From assembly GCF_037042905.1 (NCBI RefSeq), contig NC_087245.1, positions 36,582,001-36,646,000 of the forward strand: a stretch of DNA of 64,000 nt. Reading direction: 5' to 3'. A program made the position numbers and the translations under genes. The notes under the pieces are model-generated. The model had not been told where the DNA came from and searched no databases. It worked only from the letters and a program-made list of their open reading frames with translations. This document shows, in pieces, positions 50,174-60,182 of the stretch; positions within the stretch are counted from its first letter, which is position 1; each line of letters opens with the position of its first letter. Source of the DNA: Lytechinus pictus. Lineage: Eukaryota.

Positions 50174-52097
50174 TAATTTTTGTCTTCTTTTTTTTGTACG
50201 TTGCGCCATAGTGCATAAGTATGTAAGCCTACAGAGTTGAATACACGCATTGGAAACATCTTCACAAGATAAAACCATTGCGGGAAATATACATCGCAAT
50301 ACATCAAAAAACAAATGCAATAATGAAAGTCATAACACAGCAGAAAAGGTTATGTATCTAGTCTTCACTTTCAAAATGAAATGAAACAAAACTTTCATTT
50401 CATATGAACATTCGTTTTCTTCCATTAAAAAATCTCTTCATTTTTTGTATACACAAATCCATACAAAATCAGTTCGTTATGAAGTTATGTTTATAATAGA
50501 AGGCATAAGATCCTATAAGCAAAAGCTAATTGTGGGATTCGCCCGTATACTTTGAATTAAAGCCGAGGTATCCAGTTAAACCATGACAATAGGATTTGTG
50601 GTGTAAATTGAGGCTGAAAACAATAAAATGGAAAATAACCCTCAATGAGAAACGAGCAAGCCTAGAGTCAAACACATAGCCACAGCGTTTATGTAATATT
50701 ACCATTAAATATGAAAATAAAACTTCTCTGCCCTATTATATACTTAGGCCCTACTTTTAAATTCAATTTGTGCAAGACGAGTGTTTTCAAAAGCGTTCGG
50801 ATAAAATGACATTCCTTCCGAATTTCCACCTATTAATAGTAAAAACAAACAAAAAAAAACTGTCGAGCAATGCACAAAAACGGATATAAAACTTACCAGA
50901 ATCGGCTTAAAAGACAATATCGTCCGACAGAATATCAGCATTCAACGATGGAGCATTTTATAAATTATGGTGATGCCTCCAAAAGCTGGATGAAAAGTCG
51001 AGGAGTTATATACACTTCAAAAACACGCATGCGCACCAGCCGTTCATAAAATTTCGTTTTAAGATGAAATCAATATTACTCCTTGAGATGAAGTCAAGTA
51101 TAGATCCAGGGGGTGGGGGGGGGGGGGCTTACCCCCCCCCCTCCTTCAAAACAATTGCATTCGTATGCTCCCCATGGGTGATGAACCCCTTAATTATTTG
51201 CTTGCCATTTTTTTAATTAACGCCCCTCCCCCATTTTAGGTAAACCCTGTATGGATCCACCACTAAAACCTGATGATGGGGGTGATGTGGTTATGAAATT
51301 TGCGCTTTCAAAATGAGTCCGCTCTTACTTTATCGTTCAAGGGTTTCTAATAAAATCCACCGTTCATGTAGCGTGCGCAGTGATCGGATCACGTGGAAAT
51401 GTTGATATATACATTAATTATTAAACCAGTCCATCAAAATGTGAAATCTAATGAGCGAGTTTGAAACCATACGTGCGTGGAGAATGAAATGGATACTGTT
51501 TGAACTCCAAGGTCGAGATGGAATTGATACTCGTATCCCACATTCAGCGTTATTCATCATCTTTATATTGTTCTTTTTCAGCTATCTTCGTCACGCTTCT
51601 GTCATTTCCACCTCCCCCCCCCCTCATTGTATGCTCCCATCTCTCCCCCTCTCATCCTTTCTCTTTCTTATTCGCTCCCTCTTTCACTCTCTGGATACCT
51701 CTCTAGCTAAACTTTCACTCACTTTCGTCTATTTCTTCTTTGCTTTTCTCCAAGTTCTCCCCCCCCCCTCTTTCTCTCTCCCCCACTCCCTCAGAGTTCA
51801 TTTGCCTGGCCCATATATCTCTCTGTCTTTCTCTCTCCATCTTATATGACCTCCGCAGTTAGCTGTCCTTTTTTGTAAGAAATTATTATCATAATTACTC
51901 GCGCGATTTCAAACGTGTGTTGCAATTAACCTATCAAAGTTGGCATTAATCCATTTTTTTCTCCTAAAAGAATTATTAGCTATTCCTTTCTCAATGTGCA
52001 ATTGTATTCTATTTTCTTCAAAGCCAAATCTAAATGCATCCCACAGCACAGAAAGAGACGAGTGGTTCAAGATAAAAGTAGGTGGCTGTGTAGCTAT

Positions 52098-52245
52098 ACC
52101 TTGGTCACCTTTGCTCTACGGCGGCCGTACGGCGAGTCGAAAACAGCCGTTTAATTCATTTTTATTCAAACCCCCTATATTTAGCTGGTACAAAAAATGT
52201 TAAAACGGTGGTTTCGACTCGCCGTAGAACAAATGTGACCGAGAT
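52098..52245. mobile_element. Short palindromic MITE
   Basis: ggtcacctttgctctacggc...tacggcgagtcgaaa / tttcgactcgccgtagaacaaatgtgacc inverted arms. Confidence 0.7.
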
Positions 52246-54494
52246 ATTACTTACGATGACAAATCATAGTCAGACAGCAGGAGAAGAATAATGACAAGAA
52301 AAAAATGACCAGCAAAAAAGGGGGAATTTCACACACACAAAAATGAAGGGAATTATATTGTAAGAAAAAAAGATAAACGGCACAAAAAAGGGGTTTTCGG
52401 TCCCAAATAGTGGTGATTCGAGTATAATTTTTATATCATGACATGCAAAAAGAGAATAAAAAGAGCATAAGCATCAAAGAATAACATTTCCCCTAATTAT
52501 GCTGTAAATGTTTGATTATTCATGAATAATTCGTAAAGGGGGTATATTGGTGCGAATTTCAAAACACTTGTGCTTTTCTTTTTAATTCTATCGCTCTTTT
52601 TGCATGTTTTAAGTGAAGAACGATAAAATCGCATGCCAATTAAATCAAATTGGAGGAACTATTTGGCTTTTAAACTGTTGATATCATAGGTCATTAAAAT
52701 TCATCCCAAATTGAATGATTACACAATCAGATCGGATGACATTTTTGACGAAATTGGACGGGAAAACCTATTTACTTACTATTTTACATTTTTATTTGAT
52801 TTGTATCATCTATTTTTTCTTATTGCTTGGTGTTTGCATGTCCTTTTTGGAGGGGGTAGGGGCTTTCCATTCTGAGAGTTATGTTTATTATTATTATTTT
52901 TTTTTTAATGTGAGCCTATCACAGGGGGCGGAGGTTCTGGGATTAAAGTGAGCCTATACAACGTAGGAAAATCAGTGCGCCCTCTAACCGAATATACATT
53001 ATAGTTTGTCAGTTGAATTATAAGGATACCAGACTATTATGATATTATCTACCTCCATGATATTACTAATACAATATTTTAATGGCAAAAAGAAGCTGCT
53101 GAAACTGCTTATCTAATAAAAGAGAGCCAATGGAGTAAATTAGAAAGTCAAAAAGGGGCTTTCAATCTTAGCAGAATTTGACTTTCTACTTTACAATTTT
53201 TTAATGCTCAACTCGCTCTACGCGCTCATATCTTTTATTAGTAAAATATCAATTTTCTTCATGAATCCCTACAAATTAAGGTTAAAATGTCCTCATTTCA
53301 GGTTAGTATAGGCCTATCAACAATTTCTGCTCGAGATTCACTCTCACATGCACTTGTTTTAGTGAGATGCAATATAATCTTGTTCATGATTACAAATTGT
53401 GTTAAGAATGTTTCGTTTTCATTTCTGAATATAACAAGTATAAAATCTTACGCTGTTTATTCTCCTCGCATTGATAATTTCGGCCTTAATTATGAGATAC
53501 CTTATCTAAAAATAAAGTTAAAAGTCTTTAGGAACACTACCCCACCCAAATATTAGCCCTTCGAGCGGCCATTCAGTGATAATGTGATTGAAACTATCCG
53601 CACACCCCCTCCTCTTAACGAAAATTTGAACCGCTCCTGACTTACCCGGTCCCCTTCCTCTTCATTCTTTCTCCCCCTATCTCTATTTCAATAACCTCCC
53701 CACAATGCTCTATCTCATTAACCCCCCCTTCCCTATCCATCACCCCCTCTTTCCCATGCTTCCATTTCTTTACCCTTATATATTTTTTTTCCTTTTCCGT
53801 TCCTCACTCCTATCGCTACCTTTCCCACCCCTCTTCATTTCGTCACTTAAAAACTCTCCACCTCCAGTCCATTACCTCTATCTCCCCTCCCCTATCTCGA
53901 TCAGCCCCCCCCCCCCTCTTACTGCACCCTTATCTTCTCTCCTTATTCTTCTTACTCCTTCTGTATTTGTTCACATTCCCTGTCCATCCCCCCCCCCCTC
54001 CCCCACATATTCTCCCATCTCTTTCCCGATATCATCCCGCTCCACATTCATTCTCCATAGCCATAGCTCCACTCTCTTATTCTCGAAATTTCCCGGCCCT
54101 CCTCCAGGCGAGGCCCCAGGATTTGTGCGTTTTCTCCAATATCAGACAAGTCCCCCCCCCCCCCCGCCAAGCCTAGGTCATCACTCACGAATGAAGAGCA
54201 TTTTGTTTCACGCTTAATTTTACAAGCAAAGATAAAATATGTCATCAGTCACAAATTAAGTACATTATGCCTCAGTAAACCACAAAAAAGTTCTCAGTCC
54301 AAAATGAAAGTATTCTGGGTTTCTTGTTTTTGTTTTCTTATGCAATATTCACGGGGTGCGCCCGCACATACTACTACTACTACTACTACTAATAATAATA
54401 ATAATAATGATGATAATAACAATAATAATGATGATGATGATAATAATAATAATAAACATTCATTATTTTGTATAGCGCAGCATTTATATTATAA

Positions 54495-55086
54495 GGGCGA
54501 TTCCACGGTCAGTCGCATTGACACTTTTATGTGTCTTTTCTAATTCTTGGTGCCGTCAGTTTTACAAGGGCGAGTCTTTCTGTCAAGTTTATAATGTCAA
54601 TTTATCTTGACAACTGAGGCTTTGAAACAATACATACAAAATTGGGAAGCAACTTCTAGTTTAGACGTTTAGATAAAAAAACTCTGGTCAGTCGCATTAC
54701 ACTTTGTCCGGCACCACAAATGTGACATTTTAAAAACTTCTTTCCGCAACTTATATTTGACCTTTTTTGATATGATGTGAAATATTGACCTTCAGATTAT
54801 CCAACTGAAAATAAAAACAAAAAATAGTTTTCTGTTAAATTGAAATGAGGTAAAAAAAACCAGAAGAAAAAAAAGAAAAAGATATATGTAGTCCCATGTA
54901 TATAATTTTTGCATGGTTCAGATTCTCCTATAAGGAGATGCGTAAGATTTTTTTTTTAGGCTTATTATATGATCTCCCTTTGTATTTATGAACTTCCACA
55001 AAAGTTTTATTAGAAAATTTTGATCCAAATTTGAAAAAGAGACAATGTAATTTTGGGAGAATGTCCGCGTTTGCGTGGAATCGCCC
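54495..55086. mobile_element. PIF/Harbinger-like non-autonomous element
   Basis: TAA|GGGCGATTCCACG ... CGTGGAATCGCCC (13-bp TIR); right-hand TSD not conserved. Confidence 0.65.
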
Positions 55087-55559
55087 ATCAACATCCCACT
55101 GGATCCGCACCCATCATCTTCACCTTTCTCTCCCCCCTTCCTTTTCTCTCTCTTTTCTGCCTTCTCCCTTTCTTCCTCTGTCTGAAATTTCGCATCTTCA
55201 ACCCCCCCTCCCTTATACTTCCTTTAAAAAAACAAAAAAACAAAATTTTCCCTTTCGAATTTCCTTATCCTCTGTCTCTTCTTTCCACTCCCTTACATGT
55301 CAATTTCCATGTTCCATCTCTGCACCCCTTGCTAGTCTACAGGCACAAACTCTACAAAGGTCGGTCTTGAAAGAAGTCTCGATCTAGCTCCAACCCCGGC
55401 TCCAACCTATTTGGTGTTCAGCAAAAATATTACATGTACAATTATATCAATCTTACATTCATCCCATTCAGCTGAATTATAAATGGTTGGGCTTGCATGC
55501 TTCCCCCTAGCCCCTCTTCCTTCATCGTCTACATGTTGACACCACGGAAGTAAAAGTGG

Positions 55560-55730
55560 TTGACATGACAGTTGCTCCTGCGATAATTGCTCCGGGATTT
55601 ATTTCGTCTAAGATGTAGGGTTAGGGTTGCAAAGGTAGGGTATGGTGTTGAACCCAAGGTTGAAGTTGGTCATTCGAGTAGTGTGTGGAATTTAGAGCGG
55701 AGCAACTGTCGCCGGAGTATAATGGAAACC
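55560..55730. mobile_element. Short repeat with doubled TTGCTCC/GGAGCAA motifs and a TTAGGG-like core
   Basis: acagttgctcctgcgataattgctcc...tagggttagggtt...ggagcaactgtcgccggag. Confidence 0.6.
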
Positions 55731-55845
55731 TTCTATATACTTACCTCTCTATCCACTTTTACCTCCAACACCTAATCCTCTCCAATTTACCCCTCCTCTG
55801 TTCCCTTCTTTTAATCCCCTCCCACTACTTCTTTCCTTTTCCCCA

Positions 55846-56101
55846 CACTGCAAAAACTCCGGTGTTGATTTAACACGGGATTTAACACCAGTCCAGAATC
55901 TATATTATATGTCCACACCAGAGAAGTATTAAAATAACACCAGTTTGGAATCAAACCAATGCTGTTTTAATACTAATTGGTGTTGTATAAACACATATCT
56001 GGTGTTAGACCAAAACCAAACTGGTGTTGTTAACACTTCTCTGGTGTGGACATATATAAATTCCGGTCTGGTGTTAAATCAACACCGGAGTTTTTTCAGT
56101 G
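55846..56101. mobile_element. Palindromic MITE (CACTGCAAAAA family)
   Basis: CACTGCAAAAACTCCGGTGTTGATTTAACAC...GTGTTAAATCAACACCGGAGTTTTTTCAGTG. Confidence 0.85.
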
Positions 56102-56924
56102 CAGTACCTTGCTCTTTTTCTCACTCTCCTCCAAATTTGTTTTCTATTCGTCTTTTACTCCTACATTTTAACTCTACTCTCAAACCTCTAACTTCCAATT
56201 TCTTTTCTTTTTTTCCTTTTCCTTTTCAATCTACTCAAAGGGATTACATTTATGGGGAAAACTCTCTACAATGCCTGAAAACTATGGAAAGAACATTAAA
56301 TGGCAAAATATGTGGCTTTTATTTCATAATAAATTTTAAGCAAAACTTGTACAAAGCTTGTACTGTACATTATGCTTATGATAGTGCTTGTATCTCAAGT
56401 GCAAATATACATGTAGATTGAAAATTACAAAAAAATGTACAAAGTAAAGTATAATATCTTCATGTACACAATGTAAGCAATTAAATTCAAATTGCTGTAA
56501 ACTTGAAATATACAAGTAAATATATACAAATACAATGTAGATCTCATGTGAAAAATGTAGAAATTTCAGGTTTTCAATGAAAAAGCACAAAGGAAACTTT
56601 ACTCAAATAAAGTATTGATTAAAACATACACACATAGTGATTTGAAATTTCCATAATATATCCAACTCTTACATTAAAAATGTATATTATAATTTTATTC
56701 TAAAACTGATAAAATTGAGGGGTAAGACAATACAAGTTCTGAATTAAAAACAGCAGAGAAGGGCAATCGTGGATTTGCAGTAGAAGGAAATGAAAGATAA
56801 ATTACAAATGACTGAAATCGAGCAAGTTTTAGTATCTAAGGTTTGCAATATATACAGTGGTTACATGAGTGCCAACAGGCAGATATGTTGGAGAAAAAAT
56901 ACTAGTAATAAGAAGTGGCAGGAA

Positions 56925-57245
56925 TAGGGTTCAGGTTGATACTTATGTCCAAGTTTAATGAACTACATGTAGATCTATTTACTTTCAAAGTCATGTCGTA
57001 TCAAAAACATGGTCTAAATTCAATGACCTTTGACCTTGGTCATGTGACCTGAAACTCGGAGAGAATGTTCAGTAATACTTGATTACCCTTATGTTCAATT
57101 TTCATGAAAAGGGTCCATGCACTCTCTAAGTTATGACATAAAAACAACAACTTAAGCTTGGTTGAGATTTCAATGTTGACAACGTCCACCGCCGTCAGAA
57201 AAGCGGCACCTCTGGTCTCGTCCTGCTATGCAAATAGACAAAAAC
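56925..57245 (-). mobile_element. Partial HINE-like element, same family as 45672-46220
   Basis: Shares aatgacctttgaccttggtcatgtgacctgaaactc and the ccgccg...aaagcggc...gtctc...tgctatgca...agacaaaaa end. Confidence 0.7.
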
Positions 57246-57952
57246 CTGTGCATCAAACCGTTATAAATCATTGTGTCATCCACTGCTAAATCATCTGCAA
57301 CTACTCCCAGATCAAGAAGAGCACGAGTTGTGCATTTAATGAAACAAGTTGTGTAAATGCATGCAATCAGTGCAATGCCAATCACTGAATCCATGGAAAT
57401 GTTTAACTGCCTTTTGTGGTAACATTTCTCAAAACGAGTTCAAGCAGAATGCAATAAAATTACCACCACTTGCTTGTATGTATAAACAGATAGGTACCAA
57501 ATAATATTCTGGTAGAAATGTGTTACTGCTGAGAATTAAGTAAAATTAACATGGCATCCCAGCCAGACTATGATTGGGTAATACATAAACAGGAACGATT
57601 CTGAAGAGTACATTAATCAAAAGTCAATACCATAACTATAGATAATTCTCTTTTTTTTTTTAAACAAAAGATAACTAAGACACATATAAAAATGCAAGGA
57701 CTGGTTTTCAGATTTCAGTTTTAAAACGATTACTGTTCCCTTAATCTTTAAGCAAATTTGTCCTCGGTGAATCCCCCAGAAGGCATGGATTTTATCTATA
57801 CTTTTGTTGCAATCAATCCAGATGAGGTAAATGAAATGGGTACCGGCAATAAGGCATTGCTCCAAAGACCTGCGAGCACCAAAATTGTTTGCCTACACAA
57901 CAAGGTGAATAGTGTACCGTATGAATACCCTACATCATTATAATTAATATTA

Positions 57953-58847
57953 AAATAGCAATAAAAACAACGGACATACTGAAGCTTTTCGACATGCACT
58001 CAGACTAAAATTGCATGAAGAAAACGCGAGAACGAAACGACATACATGTACGTGTGCAATAAAACCGAAAAAGACAACGGATGCTAAACAAGCTACTCCT
58101 AAAGACGGACAGTCAACCTGTCCGAAACGTCGAGTCTCTCTACTACTCATCATCTCTACTCGCCGACTCAAGCCAGCATCTCCTCATCAGCTCTACTACT
58201 CAAGCTGTTCTCAACTCATCAATCTTTCCTGGTTTACAGTCCTTTTCAGGACTACTTTCAAGAAAGAAAACTCTACTCTCAAATCTCCACTTTCTCGCCT
58301 ATCCATTTCTTCTCTTCTTCTACCCACTGTTTCTATAACACTCCACATGGTGTACCGTAAACGAAAACCACATCAGCGATTGTACATGCCACCATGCAAA
58401 CCTTCAAACAACATCCAAGCTATGATTGGCTGACAAGAATAACAAATTAAGCTTAGTAAACAGCCGTTAATTAAAGCATTAGTAATTAAAATAACACAAG
58501 GATTCTTACTAACTCCTCCTGGAAGCACAAGATGTGGTAAGATGATTTATATGCTGCTTCCAGCACAAGCAGATGAGAGAAACTCGTTGCTCGGCAGAGT
58601 ACCTTAAACCAAGATGAACAGTCTTGTTCATTGAACGCTTGTTTGCTCGGTAAGCAATGGCCGAACTTCCACCATCCGTCGCAGTACGAACGCTGGATTT
58701 TGTGCATGTGCACGGAGATTGTAAACATGCTAGTTTGACGATTTCGGATTGATATATTGTTTTGTTGTAGCGTCTGTTCATTCATACGATTTTACTCCAA
58801 AGAGTGCATGTCGAAAAGCATCAGTCCTTCTGTTTTTAATGCCATTT
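57953..58847. mobile_element. TIR-bounded non-autonomous element
   Basis: gcttttcgacatgcactc (57984-58001) / gagtgcatgtcgaaaagc (58802-58819), extending outward imperfectly. Confidence 0.65.
58095..58135 (+). ncRNA. Minimal type I hammerhead ribozyme-like motif (Penelope-type; core G5 changed to A, probably inactive)
   Basis: ACTC-CTAAAGA-C-GGACAG-tcaac-CTGTCC-GAAA-CG-TC-GAGT: stem I ACTC/GAGT, perfect 6-bp stem II, GUC triplet. Confidence 0.6.
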
Positions 58848-59599
58848 CCCGATTTGCAGTACAAAATACTTATTAATTAATATCCATCTGAATGCATCCT
58901 ATCTCCAGTGGCACCTCTTCAGAGTTTTTTATATTTTTTTAATAGATAACAGGTATTCTCTATCAAACACAGAGAGAACAATTAAACTTAAAGGAGCTGA
59001 CCTCGTCTGAGTTAGATGATTGTCAAAAACAAGAATCCAGATATCCATAAGCCCCTCTCTTTAGGCCTTTAACCCAAGCACAGGCTGCAGCGAGATGTAT
59101 CCCGTCATGCTTAAAACATGAGCAAAGTGTCTGATGCAGCAAGAGAAGAGTGGGTGGAAAGCAACTGCCACCTATACCGTCTGGTCTTGCTTTAATCATT
59201 GTTCTCTTTTTAGACTATGATGTGGTGTGATTTATTGTACGAATGACAGCGGCACTCCTAAATAAAAAGGAATATGACTAAAGCAAGAGGGGAGTGTTTG
59301 TACATGTACTTTTGCTGCATCATTTTGTGACACAGCATCAGACTTGTAAACACAAAGGTATTAGTTGCAGAAGCAGCCTAGATTATGAGCTGCAGCTTGT
59401 GAAAGCTTTTATTTTTATTTTTAATTTGTTACATCAGATCTCAATTACGAATGTTTGACTAGTAAATTCATGCTCATTTACCTCGAACTGCTTTTATGGA
59501 GCATAACCTCATGCTTGGAATTTTTCAGTTTCCTCTAGTTCTTTCTAAAACTCCTATAGACCCTAAGCAATGTCCATTGGAATCGCTAGGGGACACCCC

Positions 59600-60068
59600 A
59601 ATTCACTGCACATACTCAACCTCTTTAACGGCTGCTCTCTGGACCACAACCTCATCCTGAGGATCTCGAGAAACTTCCTCCAGCTCCTCCTCAAAGTCCT
59701 GCACAGACTGTGCAAGGTCCACCTGAAGGAGGCATCACAACTCCCAGACAACCCTTACAATCACTGTACGTACACAACCTCTTCGACTGTTGCTCTCTGG
59801 ACCACAACCTCATCTGAGGATCTTGAAAGCTTCGTCTAGCTTCTCAAAGTCCTGCACAAACTGTGCAAGGTCGACCTGAAGGAGGCAACACAACTCCCAG
59901 TCACCCCTTACAATCACTGTACGTACACAACCTCTTGGACCTGGACCGTTGCTCCTTGAACCACAACATCACCCTGAGAATCTTGATTGACTTCCTCCAG
60001 CTCCTCTTCGAATTCTTGAACACCCTGCGCAAGGTCCACCTGGAGGGGGGCGTCACCACTCCCGGATT
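59600..60068 (-). repeat. Three diverged tandem copies (~150-165 bp) of the Sp C-terminal coding segment
   Basis: Units at about 60068-59903 (coding), 59902-59750 and 59749-59600 share GGGAGT.GTG..GCC..CAGGT.GACCTTGC.CAG...GAGGTTG..TA.GT.CAGTGA. Confidence 0.9.
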
Positions 60069-60182
60069 GTACCTTCATAGTGACTGTCCCTGGTTTTCTG
60101 ATGTGAGTGCGTTGGTGTTTGGCCAGATGATCGCTTCGCATGAACTTCTTCCCGCAGCTGCTGCACTCAAATTTCTTTTCAC
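59914..60182 (-). CDS. Sp1-4: Sp terminal exon: zinc finger 3 and acidic/Val-rich tail
   Basis: gaattag|GT GAA AAG completes the TGEKKF linker; TGA at 59916-59914. Confidence 0.92.

Noticed and set aside
51451..55387. Pro/Ser/Leu/Phe-rich ORFs at 51451, 53705 and 55031
   Set aside because: Polypyrimidine low-complexity tracts with no coding signature.
58011..58785. 140-aa and overlapping ORFs inside the TIR element
   Set aside because: No recognisable transposase or reverse transcriptase motifs.
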